Below, one piece after another: positions 47,907 to 60,421 of a DNA stretch of 64,000 nt. The position numbers and the translations under genes are program-made. A model generated the notes under the pieces. That model saw nothing but the letters and a program-made list of their open reading frames with translations. It was not told the DNA's origin and searched no databases. Every line of letters begins with the position of its first letter. Position 1 is the first letter of the stretch. Source of the stretch: Macrostomum lignano (lineage: Eukaryota); contig NIVC01000939.1 in assembly GCA_002269645.1 (NCBI GenBank), positions 434,001-498,000 on the forward strand, in the 5' to 3' direction.

Positions 47907-50900
47907 GACGGGAGTCCCGTGGGTGCAGGCCGCACAGATTTTGATTGAAATTTTTCTCAGATCGCGAATTCCGTGCAGCAATTCAGGGGTAAATGTTTTA
48001 CACCTTTAAAGTACATGTACAGGCACGCAGGCAGTTGGGCCTCGAGGGAAAGGTAGATGTAAAGAATTGTATTTTAGAGCCAGTTTTGCCGGCTTGCACG
48101 CGTGCGAATTGCAGAGTAGATAACGGAGGGGGGGCTAATTTCTTCCACTGTGCGCGCTGCGGGGTTGGCGCGTGCGGCCCTCACCCTTGGCCAGCTCGTC
48201 GCTCAGCGGCCAGGCCAATTGGAGACCGGGGCGGCGACAGCTTGGCAGGCTGGCTCTGAAGGAGGTACTGCACAGTCAGGCAGCAGCTGCCGTGCCTGTC
48301 CCTGCCGCTCTACAAAGCCAGCCAGCGGCAGGGGCTGTGCAGAAAATCGCGCGGAAGGGCTGGTGCGGCTCACAATGCCGGCCCGAGGGCGCGTGCTTAC
48401 AGCTCTTGGAACGAACAGCGCGTCCAATGCAAATTTATTAATAGAATAATAGGGACGCAGCTCTGAGTGCGCAGGCAGTGGGAGAGAGCACTGTCCCATT
48501 GAGACCCGAACAATCACTTGCGTGGGTCTTGCAGGGGACTTTTTATGCGGCTATTTGGGGAGCCTGGGAGAGTAAGGGACGCTTAGGAATCAAGAAGTCA
48601 ATCTCGGAGTGAGCCTATTCAGTTTCCTATTGTGCGCTCTCTCTGCACCTCTTCTCTCGTCCATTATTCAGAGGCTCAGTCGCAGGAAGCAGTTCAGAGT
48701 CGTATAACTTCCTGGACTGAGCTTTCAGAGTACAATAGCCAAGGCCATAGCACTGAAGACACGAAAACACTCTCAGAATTCCATACTGAACGATCCGAGG
48801 AGCGAGTTTTCGATGAGAAAGTTAATATGATCAGGGCGATTTTTAGGCTAAAGCTGTTTGAGCTGTCGTTGAAGATTTAAATACCAAAAACTGGAGTCGT
48901 TGTAGCGTATTTTCAGACCGTAGTTATTATTTTAAACTCACAAGTTACAAAAAATGTTACAACAGCTCAAGATGGGCCGCTTTCACAAGCTGGAAGTTTC
49001 ACATCGTCGAAGTTGGTACACCTTACAAGCGCGAAATTTAACGCCATCGAAGAGCAAGTTGTGCTGATCACTTTCCTGATCCCAAAACTTCCTGATTCTG
49101 AAGCAAGGAAGGCTTATTACATTCCGAATTTTTGTGTATATAAATCTAAATCTTGTGAATTATTGTCTTTCGATATGAAATTTCAAGTTTGTGAAGTGCC
49201 CTCAAAATCCATAAGAAGAACTTGATCATGGGCTTGAGAAGCGCATGTTTTCAGGATTTCAGCCACTATATAAGATCATGTAGTACGGATACCGTCAGCT
49301 GGATGCCCTAATAGCACTGTGGCAATATGACCGACTTCGCTAAACAGCTGCAGTATTCAAACAGAACCGAAACCTCTCTGGTGGTGAGTTATATGAGAGG
49401 GTGATATGCATGTACAGCACAAAGACGGGAGTTCGATCTCGATCCGGAAATCCTGGGATCCCTTCTAAAATGTAATCCCGGTCCCGAAAACTTTGGTCCC
49501 GTCCAACCTCAGAGAATGAAGCTATAGCTGGATGTAGATAGAAGCTTTCATCGAAACTCGATATACTCGTATTATAGCTCGTGCGTGTAGTATATGTGCA
49601 TCTACATCTAGTGGGAAGCTAGACTAACTCACTCACTTGGTAGGGGACAAAATCTAAACAATCTGTCGAAAAAATTACCCTTCTACATGCAACTGATTCG
49701 GAGATACAGACATTTTACTAATCGGCCTTCAACTATTTTTGCACGATTTGCGAGTTTTGCGTCCTTCTAGTCTAGTAGTCCTTGAGTTCGGCAAGCAAAG
49801 TTCGATCGGTAAGCAAAGCTCGGCAAGCAAACTTCGGCAGGCGAAATTCCGCAAGCAAAGTTCGGCAAGCAGACTTCGGCAAGCAGCTAGACTTCGGCAA
49901 GCAAATTTCCGCAAGCAAATTTCATATATAGACCCGTATCATTGCATTTGTAAACTGTAAAAAGCTAATGCCAATGGCAATTGTGTTTATTAAGTTGTTT
50001 AATTCTTTTCTAATGGAAATATATTTTTGCCTGTTTTTCGGTGCCCTAGTTATGATGCCTAAGAATAAAGTATAATCTTATATATAACAATATATAGTGA
50101 ATGTTCTACAAATTTTTGCATTTTCCTAATGAAAGAAGTATTCATTTTGTTAAACTGGCATGTTTCTTTAATTTGTTAAAATTAAAATTAAAATCTGTGT
50201 TATTTAATTGCATTTGCTGTACATCCATATTTTTATACAAGGCTGCACTTTGAATGCGTGCTAAAAGACTTAGTTGTAATGATGATACCTACGAACGATG
50301 CTACATGTAGTGTTGATCAAAATCATGAAATGCTACAAATCTCCTTAGTATTTATTTCTTGAGTATCATGCGATCATGGTTCATCTGTGATCGATTATGA
50401 TTCATCTGTTTTGATTTCTCGAAAAATCGGGACAATTAATAGAAATTAAATGAAACAAGACTTTTTCAAAAAAATGAAAAAAGTAGGTTAGCTTAACAAA
50501 ATGAATAAATACCTTAGTTATTTAAAGTAAAGACGTACTGCAAAGCACTTATTGTTAAGTTAGGACTTATTTTTTATATTTTTTCTAATCCTAATTTATA
50601 ATTTAGGCACCGAAAAGCAAACTGGGCACCGAAATGCCCGGCACCGAAAAGCGTGAATACCTTCACTGATTAGCTCAATTTTAAACTTCGAAAAAAAATA
50701 TATTAGAAAATTGTCTTATTAGACCTAGTCTGACGGGCATATCAAAAACAGATTGGTTAGGGCCTATACTATATCAAAGTATTCAATCAAAGTTAAGAAT
50801 TTATGAGGGCCTAATAACTTAAGTGATCGTGCAAATAATGGGTAGGCCCCCCGGCTGTCTTCATACTTAGAACATTTAAAGCACCACTAAAGAGACCTAG

Positions 50901-53584
50901 CCATATAGAGACCACTATAAATTAATTAGACATTTAGACATTTGTTTTTTCATTTCCTATCTTGATGTATATATCGATTAAATAAACTAGTAAATTAAGT
51001 TGAATGTCAGTTTTAAAATCATTTGTGATTTGAAAGATTAGATTAGGTTTGTTCATTGTTAGCTAATAATGTTAGCTAATTGTTAGCTAATAGATTGAAT
51101 AATCTTAAATAGGAGAAAATGCTTGTGCTCAGAGGCTAAGAATTTTCTTGTCAGCAAATGCTCTTTTTATTCATATGGATTATGGATTAAGGATTTTCTT
51201 TATTCATATCCTTAGGCTTAGGTTTAAGCTTAAGGATTTTCTGATCAATCTTAAAATCCTTAAGCTTTAAGAGTTTCCTCCATGACCAAAGAAAATCCTT
51301 AGCCTTTTTAAACTATAAACAAGATGTGTTCCCACTTGACTATTCTATTGACCTTTGCATACTTCTGAAGCTTATAGTTATATATCAAAAGACATCTTGC
51401 AAAAAGGGAAACAAAGTCAAAGAAAAAGAGAACTAGAAAAATAGAAACACAGATATTGAAGACAAAAACTTTATAGAAGTTGTCACAATAAGCTTATACC
51501 AATTTGTTAGATAAAGCAAAAACAGTAATTAAGTAAAAAATGCTACCTTTTTATGCATTTAATAAGATTTAGATTCTAGAAAAAAAGGGTATCTTGACAA
51601 GCAAAAAGATCAATAAGAAGTTTCTAAGCCTCTGCCTGACATAAAAAATTGATTAAAGATAAAAGCTTGTCTGTCTGTTATGACTTTTAGTATTGACTAT
51701 TATATTGTATTGGCTCTAGGGCAGCCTCATTTTTTCTTGAGCAAATGCTTTGCAATTTAGTTTATGATCCAGTTTTTTTCATATTTATAAAAGTAAATGC
51801 TTAGACAGTCTTTGGAGTCTAAATTTGCGCTTGGCATAAATTTGATTGTCACAGGCATGAATGTGCAAATTCTAAAGACATAGTCTAAATTTCCAATTCC
51901 TTGTCCATCAGGGGTGTGAATTTGGAAGTACAAATATACAATTTCCTCTTTTGTCTATATATATAATATGTTTTGTTGCCTAGTTCTACCTGACTATAAG
52001 ATCTGTGTTGCACTCTATAGTGGATCCCAAATCTTTATATTGATGGTATTTCTTAGTTTCTTAATCATGATCTGCAAGCCAATTATAGCCAAATTTGCAT
52101 TGATGTTTGCAAATTAAACTATTTTGTTGGAAGTATATATATTGGATATACACCTAGGCAGTAGCAAATGCAGGAAAGGGGCTTTGTTGGCTGAAGCCCC
52201 CTATTCACCCCAGAAAAGCTATTTTTGTAGGCGCACAAACCCCTAAAAACATAAGGTCATTAAAAATGTCTATTTAAAAAAGTCATTTAGCATGTGGACT
52301 TTTCAAGTTAAGCTCCTGGTTCTGCCACTGCATCTATGCTAGGTTTTATAGTAGAGAACTCATAGATACAAAAAATTATATAAAGTGCTAAGGTGGGGGT
52401 GGAGAAAAGAAATATTCTAAGGGGGGTGTTTGGATAGTTTCTAGAACTTTGAATTCTCACCTTTGTTAACTCAGCACTTGTAAAGCTAGAAAGTTGCACA
52501 GATTTGTTCAAGTTGCTTTTCTCTTTTGATAATCTGTCTGCTGGGAACTGTTTACTATCAGTAGTAGAGTAGCATTGCTACTACTATAATTTTGTATTAT
52601 GGAATGTTGAGATCTCAGAGCTCATTTGGTGTTGATATTAATTCAGTTGTTTTATGCCCCATTGGCAAATAACTCAAGATAAACTATTAAAGGCTTCAAT
52701 TAGTTAAGGAAGATAATTAATGAGCAGGCATTTATTAATATTACTAGTTCTGACCAACTAAAATATTATTATTTCAAATGAGCGAGTCTGCTGGCAGTGA
52801 CAGGGTGCTGAATAGCTGTAAGAAGTGGGTAACTTAAACTATTTAGCTTGCAAACAATGAACTTAGCAAAGAAACTTATTAAATGAAAACAGCAGAGTAT
52901 ACAAGAGAAAACTAGTAAATGAGCACACAAGGATTATTAATAAACGAGAAGGAAGAAGAGGGATGAGAGATGCATGAGGTGTGGCCTAAACTGGCCCTAT
53001 AAATATTAGCAAGACAAAATTTTGCATCGAGTGGGGTGAGGGATAGGGCAAGGGATGGGGCAGTAGGTGCTACTGGAAATGCAAAGAAGACAGAAAAACA
53101 AAAATTCTTACACCAAACAATGGGGCAAAGGATGGGGAAGGGCTGTTTGCAGACCACATCAAATTGAGTCATAATCCATCAGCAAAAATCCGTGGTCTCA
53201 GATCTCAGATAGACAGCTTTGTTTTTAACTATACCCCCTAGCGTTCTCTCACTAGTGTATATGTACATTTGTCTTGGTTTTTTCATTGATTTTCTAATCT
53301 AGAGCAAGAAAAGATTGTATATAATATACTTAGATATTGCCAAAGCAAAAGCAAGATGAACTTGTTTAATTCTTTTTCTACTGTTGGTGTCCTATGTACC
53401 CCTTTACTTTTTTGGTGCTTTAGTCTTTTTTACCATATACTTGCTCTGGCTACCTTGTCACCTAGCTAGATCAGCCAAGTTAGCTAATTATTGCATATGT
53501 AGGCCTATAACTTTCATTGCTGATTTTCAGTCCATCGGGACTAAACTGATCAGCTGTGGTGCTGCATCAACACAGACTCAGGCC

Positions 53585-56500
53585 ATGTCAAGCAGCGCTG
53601 AGCAAGAGAAGCAGCAGCTCATTGCCAGCATTCGCCGGCAGCTCCTGGCGCAGAGTAGCGAGGCCAGTGCAACTTTTATTGGGGAATTTTTCGCCAATCA
53701 GCGCAGCGCTTCGGGCTGGCGTCAGGCGCTGGCTGAGCTGTTCGCCAATGCTGACGAGGCGGCTGTCAGCGACCGACACTCGCTGCCGACTCTGCAGCTG
53801 CGGCTCAGCGAGGCTGCCGACTGCCTGGTGGTCGCCTGCGCCGAGGCTGCTGGGTTCACGTCGGCTGATGTGCGGGCCGTCTGCGCTCTGGGCAGCTCTG
53901 GGAAACCGCCCGTCTGCGGACTCTGGAGAGGCTTCGGCTTCAGGTGAGGCTGGAATGGTAGCTTAGGTGAGGCTGGAATGCTAGCTCAGGTGAGGCTGGA
54001 ATTCTAGCTCAGGTGAGGCTGGAATGCTAGCTCAGGTGAGGCTGGAATTCTAGCTCAGGTGAGGCTGGAATGCTAGCTCAGGTGACGCTGGAATGCTAGC
54101 TCAGGTGATGTTAAAATGGTAGCTCAGGTGAGGCTGGAATTCTAGCTAGGGTGAGGCTGGAATGCTAGCTCAGGTGAGGCTGGAATTCTAGCTCAGGTGA
54201 GGCTGGAATGCTAGCTCAGGTGAGGCTGGAATGCTAGCTCAGGTGAGGCTGGAATGCTAGCTCAGGTGAGGCTGGAATGCTAGCTCAGGTGAGGCTGGAA
54301 TGCTAGCTCAGGTGAGGCTGGAATGCTAGCTCAGGTGAGGCTGGAATGCTAGCTCAGGTGAGGCTGGAATTCTAGCTCAGGTGAGGCTGGAATTCTAGCT
54401 CAGGTGAGGCTGGAATTCTAGCTCAGGTGAGGCTGGAATTCTAGCTCAGGTGAGGCTGGAATTCTAGCTCAGGTGAGGCTGGAATTCTAGCTCAGGTGAG
54501 GCTGGAATGCTAGCTCAGGTGAGGCTGGAATTCTAGCTCAGGTGAGGCTGGAATTCTAGCTCAGGTGAGGCTGGAATTCTAGCTCAGGTGAGGCTGGAAT
54601 TCTAGCTCAGGTGAGGCTGGAATTCTAGCTCAGGTGAGGCTGGAATTCTAGCTCAGGTGAGGCTGGAATGCTAGCTCAGGTGAGGCTGGAATTCTAGCTC
54701 AGGTGAGGCTGGAATGCTAGCTCAGATAAAGCTGAAATAGTAGCTCATGTGATGCTGGGATCAGTGATGAGGCTCAATGATAGCTCAGGTGAAGCTTAGG
54801 TGAGTCTGGTGTCAGCGATGAGGCAGATAATCACCCTCACCCGCCTAGGTCAGTGCTGGAGGCGTCGCACTGCCCCGAGATTCACTCAAACGGGTTTCAC
54901 TTCGGGTTTGAGTTGGACAGCCAGCAGCCGCTGTCCTGCCTGCTGCCCGTCTGGCTGGGCGTCTCCAGCCGATGGGGCCGACAGATCGGTGACTTGGACG
55001 ACTGCGGCGTCATAATAGTTCTGCCGTTGCGTCCGGAGGTGAGAGGGGGGACTGAGACTGCCACTTGTAATGCGTGTCCCGTTACCTTTAATTATTTTGT
55101 GCCGAAGAATTCGACTCCTAAGGGCTACAGACTTTCTGTAAAAACTCACCGTTTAATGGTGTGAGCGTTTCATTAAGCTAATTATTAGCTAGAGATTTAT
55201 CGATCGCAGTCAATTTTGCTATTTATTTAGGTAAAGTAGATAAATAATCGCTGGAGGGCGAGGCGACATTGTCCCACAACCAGCAGTGAGGCAATTCTTG
55301 ATGCTGCCAATACAAGCGTGCGGATGCTGCACACAGGCGCTCACACTGGAAGCCTTGGGGTTGTTAGCCATAACGTTTGTGCTCCTGCTGTTGAACAGCT
55401 AAAGTGTTGAACACCTGCTTGTTCACCCAGGTGCAGGCCGCCCTGCTGCACTCCGGCGGCCTCGCCTCCGCGGTAGACCCGCGTTGGTTGCTATGCGCCT
55501 CCCGTCTCCGCCGCCTGGTTGTCAAGGACGCCGCCGCCGGTGTCTATCAGTCGTACGAGCTCCGGTTGTTAAGCAACGGTTGTGAGGCCGTCATCGATCG
55601 GCGGACGCGTGATTTTTGTGACGTCGAATTGAAGCCGACCGGCAGCGAGCGCTGGGTTTTCGTTGACGGCGGCGGCGGCGACCTGCAGCTGGCGGTTCCG
55701 GCTGAACCGGAGGTGGTGGCCGCTGCGGACGGCGGCTTCTTTGTTGCCCCGTCGGCTGGGCTGCCGCTGCTGCGGGGCTGCGGCCTGCGGTTCCTGGCCT
55801 GCTCGCCCGCCGGCCTGCTGCGCGTGGACTCCGCCAGGTGAGCCGCTTGAGCTTGTAACAGAGCTCGGATGAGACGATGCCCGTTGAAAACGATACCGTG
55901 ACAAGAATATAGTGACTCTTATAGAGTTGTAGAATCGTAAAAAGGGTGGCGAGAGTGGTCCTAACAATCGTTTTTTGGCGCTTAACTTTCTACTAACTCA
56001 GTAGGCTAGTAAGAGTGCTTTAAACCTCAAATACGACTCTACGGCCCTAGAGTCGTTTTACCGTCGCCCAAGAGTCACCGCAGTGGCACCAGAGTCGTTT
56101 CAGAGTGATTCTTGGGCGACTCTTTGGCGACTTGTACCGTGACATTTCGTCGTTTTAGAGTTGTCTCTTACCTTTCCTATTTTACCTGTTATTTGCGACG
56201 ACTCTCGGGCACTTCTTGGCCTAGGTACCGTTTTCCTCGGGATAATATTTAAATAAGGACTTTAGTTATTCGTTACTCATTAAATTATTTAAAGGTTAAG
56301 GATGAGATTCTGGCCAATCAATAAGCAGCGCCAATTTATTCTCAGTCTCAGCTGTTAAAAATCCTCAAATTCGAGTCGAGACAAACCGGGGATGAAGGAC
56401 TCTGGAAGACAGCGACCGCAACTGATGCTACTTATTTCTGAGTAGTATATAAAATAATAAAAAAATCGGGAACTTGTAAGCTAGGAAATGCTTATTTTTT

Positions 56501-59500
56501 AATGAGATTCCAGCTCGCGATAGTCCAAGCTTCTGAAAGCCAGGGATCTAAGCTGATGCAAACATTCCACAATCTGCATGATCGAATGGCACCAGCTCCA
56601 CCACAATGCCCCCCCCCCAACTCGCAGGCAGCAGCTGCTGGCCGCGTCGGTCAGCCAAGAGAACGCCGACCTGCTCACCGACCGGCTGCCGCGCCTGTTC
56701 GCCGGCCACGCCGCCGCCTGGTCGTTTGATGACCCGGACGCCTCCGCCCGGCTGGCCGCCTACATCGCCGCCATCCCCCTGCGCCGGGAGCTGGCCGAGC
56801 CCGGCCTGGCAGCCGCCGTGCACCGCTTGCTGGCCCGCTCCGACTGGCTGCCCTCCGATGCCGGCCCGCCTGCCGGCCTACACCCGCCTTCCCGCCTGCT
56901 CTTCGACGTGCCCGACGCCGTCCGCGCAGCCGCGTCCGCCGGGCTGCGCCGCCACTTCCTGCCGGCTTGTCTCGAACGCAGCCCGGGCGGGTTCTCCGGC
57001 CAGCGGGGCCGCGAACTCGCGACCTGTCTCGGACTGCGCCAATTCCGACTGCAACTCTTGGCCGAGCCGCTGCTAGCCGATCTGCAGAATCGAGCTCCGG
57101 ACCTCACCGCGGCGGATTTCGGCCTGCTCGGCCACCTCATTAACGAGCTGTGCTGCGAGTCCCAGCCAGCCAATGAGGCCGCGAACCCGGTAGAGCTGCT
57201 CTGTGGTCTGCCCTGCCTGCCCTGCCGTTGCCTTGGCGACCCGGACCAGCCGCTGCGCCTCCTTCAGCCCGACAGCGGCGCGACCCTTCTGTTGCCCGCA
57301 GCCAGCGAGCTGCCCTGCATGCGGCGGGCATTGGCGGCGCTTGAGTCGCATTTCCGGATATTTGTGCTCTGTCCGGAGTTTCTGGCTGCCCAGTCCGGCC
57401 AGGCCGGTACTCACCGGCTGCGTCACTGCCTGGTGGAGCAGCTGGGCGTACTGGACAGCCGGGCTCTGCCAGAGTTCCTCACCGACAGCCTCATCCTGCC
57501 TGTCCTGCAGGCCCTGGCCGGCTCGTCTTGCTCAGAGGCATCTGGCCGCCAGCTCGCCCTGCTCACCAGCTGTCTCATGGAGGCCGCGTCTTCTGCTGGC
57601 CGGAGCCTGGCCAGCCGAGTCCCCCTGCTGACTGCGGACTCGCGAGCGCTGCTGCCCGCCGGCCGGCACCGCCTATTTTTTCCAGACTCGTTTGGCGCCT
57701 CGCCCCCGCTCTACCTGCTGCTGGATGGAACCGCCAGCCCGCCGCCCGAGCTCGCCGACTGGCTGCCGCTGCACCCGACCGCCTACCTGCAGGCTGCATC
57801 CGCACCCGCCTCCGCCTGGCGCGAATTCTTTGCCAACAGCCTCGGCGTTGCCGCTGCGCCGACGTCTCAGGAGCTGCTTCGCCTGCTCGACGACGGCGTC
57901 TCTGTTAGGGCGCGTCGAGCCCTGCTGAAATTTCTGGCCGCCGACTGGCAAGCCGTGAAGGCCGGCTTACCGCAGGCGGAGCTCCCAGCGCTGCTGGCCC
58001 GCCTGCGGGAGGCTGCCTGGATTCCCGCCAGCTGCGTCTGCCGCACCGCCGACCCTGGCAGCCGCGGCGCCTTCCGGCCAGCCGAGGTGTTCGCGCCAAG
58101 CCGCCGGGCCCGTCAGCTGCTGGAGGGCACGCCGGCCGCGGTGCTGGAGGATCTCGACGGCCTCGGTGAGGACAACGGCGAAGCTTTCTATCGCGACGTT
58201 GGCATCGTGACGGACGCGCGCGATCCTGCAGCTCTGCGGCGCCTGCTGACCGGCTGCAGTGGGCTGCCGTTGGCGCGGCTCAGCAGGGCCGCCTCAGTCA
58301 GAATCTACCGCCTCCTGGCTGCCGACTGTCTCAGCGAAGAGAACCTGGGAGATGGCGTTGAGGCCACGGAGACTCCGATCCTGATGCCAGATGTGGGCCG
58401 CAGTCACCTCCAGTGCCGCCGGGCCACCGAGTTGATGTGGTCGGACCTGATGCCCATGGAGCTGAAGTCCGCGCCCGGCTGGCCCGCCATGCGAGCCCAG
58501 CTGCAGCCCCACCACCTCAGTCTCTGCTACCCGCCTGAACTGCGCGACTTCTTCGTTGGCGTCTGCGGCGTTCGCGCTGGCCCGCCGCCCCTCAGCCAGC
58601 TGGTCGCCGTCCTCCTCCTGGCTGGCGAGCTTCGCAACTCCGACTTAGCCTGGCGCGCGATCGCCGCTTTTGCTGATGCGCCCGAAGCCGCCAACATCAA
58701 CCAGCGGCTGCAGGCGCTCCGGCAGCTGCACAGCGGCGCCTTCCTGCCCTGCGTCGGCGGCGGCTTCTGTGCGCTGCAGGACGCGCCGATTCTTTTGGCG
58801 CCAGCGCCAAAGTCGACGCGAATTTCGGGGATCGGGCATGACGACGCGGCGACTGCGGAGGAGGGCGCCCTGGCCTTGGCGGCCGCGTACCCCGGCCAGC
58901 TGCGCCTGGTGGACGCCAGCGAGCGCTGTGCTGGCGCCGCCCGCGCCTTGCAAGATTTCTTCAAGCTGCCACCGCCTGGCCGCGCCCTTGAGGTGGCGCC
59001 TATCGGCACGGCAGCGGCCTTGGCGCCGCCGCAGTGGCTGGTGAAGCAGGCAAACTCGGAGCTTGAGGCCGCCCTGACCTGGGCCGCGGCCTCGCACCCG
59101 GTCGTGCATTGCGCCTTGTCGGCCGCTGGCTGCGTCCTGGGCCTGGCCGAGTTGCCCTGCCTGCAGCTGCGATTCCGTCTGCGCTCGCGGCCCGAGCTGG
59201 CCGTGGCCGCTCCAGTGTACGAGGCCCTGGCGGCCCCGGGCGGCGGGCAGCAGGTGCAGCTCTACCAGGATAACGACGGCCCCGCTGAGGTGGTCGCCTT
59301 CGTCAGCTCGTCTGTGCAGAACCTGCGAGACCCCGCAGCCGTCGCTAGCATCTGCCGCCGTCTCGCGGCCCGAATGCTGGCACGGCTGGCCTCCCAGCGT
59401 GTCGCCGGCTCCGCAGCGGTGTCCGCCGCTGAGTTGGACGATTTTCGGCGCCAGCTGATGCGCGCGCATTGGCCGAAGCTGGTGGCACCCGCGGACGGCT

Positions 59501-59998
59501 CTGTGGCGCCGTGCCGCGTCAGACTGGCCGCTGTTGGGGAGCGGGCGGAGCTCCGAGACACTGTGAGTGTCTGCTGTGAGACTGTGAGTGTCTGCTATGA
59601 GACTGGGTGTCTGCTGTGAGACTGTGAGTGTCTGCTGTGAGACTGTGAGTGTCTGCTGTGAGACTGAGTATCTGCTGTGAGACTGTGAGTGTCTGCTATG
59701 AGACTGGGTGTCTGCTGTGAGACTGTGAGTGTCTGCTGTGAGACTGTGAGTGTCTGCTGTGAGACTGAGTATCTTCTGTGAGACTGTAAGTGTCTGCTGG
59801 GAGACTGAGTGTCTGCTGGGAAACTGAGTTTCTGCTGTGAGACTGAGTCTGCTGGGAGACTGTGAGTGTCTGCTGGGAGACTGAGTGTCTGCTGTGAGAC
59901 CGAGTGTCTGCTGGACATAGTTACTCTTACATATTTGTGTCTATTATTTGCAGATTCCAAGCAACAGCGCGCTGGACCCGAGAGTGGAGGCTTTCTGA
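53585..59998 (+). CDS. Sacsin/NO VEIN-like protein with N-terminal GHKL (HSP90-like) fold, 5 exons, 1311 aa
   Basis: Exons 53585-53943, 54849-55038, 55431-55837, 56628-59562, 59954-59998. GT-AG introns, consistent phases, total 3936 nt. ELFANADE…PTLQL…GFTSADVRAVCALGSSGK…GFGFRSV…PEIHSNGFHFGF…IIVLPL parallels the NOV/sacsin-like ELxQNADD…GF…DV.AIC.VG.S.K…GIGFKSV…PEIHSNGF signature (from memory). Confidence 0.8.
53944..54725. repeat. 23-bp minisatellite whose unit is GTGAG…CTCAG, NOV-like intron 1
   Basis: GTGAGGCTGGAAT(G/T)CTAGCTCAG, about 34 units. The first unit begins exactly at the donor GT. Confidence 0.97.
55880..56241. mobile_element. ~360-bp CMC-type MITE in NOV-like intron 3
   Basis: TIR CCCGTTGAAAACGATACC vs CCCGAGGAAAACGGTACC (reverse complement of the right end). 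Internal GAGTCG/CGACTC motifs. The TSD is not clean. Confidence 0.6.
59563..59910. repeat. ~21-bp minisatellite starting at the splice donor, NOV-like intron 4
   Basis: GTGAGTGTCTGCTGTGAGACT variants. The first unit starts at donor 59563. Confidence 0.93.
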
Positions 59999-60166
59999 CT
60001 CAAAGCGAGATCTCAAGAACGTTAAATTGTTCTTCATGCGCTGTTGACAAACTGTTGTGGGCCTTTTGCTTTTTCTTTAAAGTTGTTTGTTTCTTTGAAT
60101 AATCAAATTTTAATACGCGGCTCCTACAGATGTCCAATTCGATTTCTTGAAACTGAAGCAATTCTA

Positions 60167-60421
60167 GCAGTGGAAACCAGCAGTGGAAACCAGCAGTGGA
60201 AACTAGCGGTGGAAACTAGCTGTGGAAACTAGCAGTGGAAACCAGCAGTGGAAACCAGCAGTGGAAACTAGCGGTGGAAACCAGCCGTGGAAACTAGCGG
60301 TGGAAACTAGCGGTGGAAACTAGCGGTGGAAACTAGCAGTGGAAACCAGCAGTGGAAACCAGCCGTGGAAACCAGCAGTGGAAACTAGCAGTGGAAACCA
60401 GCAGTGGAAACCAACAGTGGA
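60167..60421. repeat. 13-bp minisatellite
   Basis: GTGGAAAC(C/T)AGC(A/G), about 19 units. Confidence 0.95.

Noticed and set aside
48150-48880. GC-rich short ORFs upstream of IAH1
   Set aside because: No recognisable domain and no consistent splice sites or codon bias.
49380-49445. tRNA or tRNA-derived SINE (GGGAGTTCGATC B-box-like)
   Set aside because: No convincing A-box, cloverleaf or tail.
49790-50660. TIR element bounded by GGCAAGCAAA and GGCACCGAAA motif clusters
   Set aside because: The motifs look like TE subtermini, but I could not pair the ends or find a TSD.
53384-53584. N-terminal extension of the NOV-like ORF
   Set aside because: It starts at TTG in AT-rich sequence, and a TTTTCAG acceptor at about 53530 lies before the ATG at 53585.
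53944-54725. CRISPR-like appearance of the tandem arrays
   Set aside because: No unique spacers, no cas genes, and a eukaryotic intronic context.
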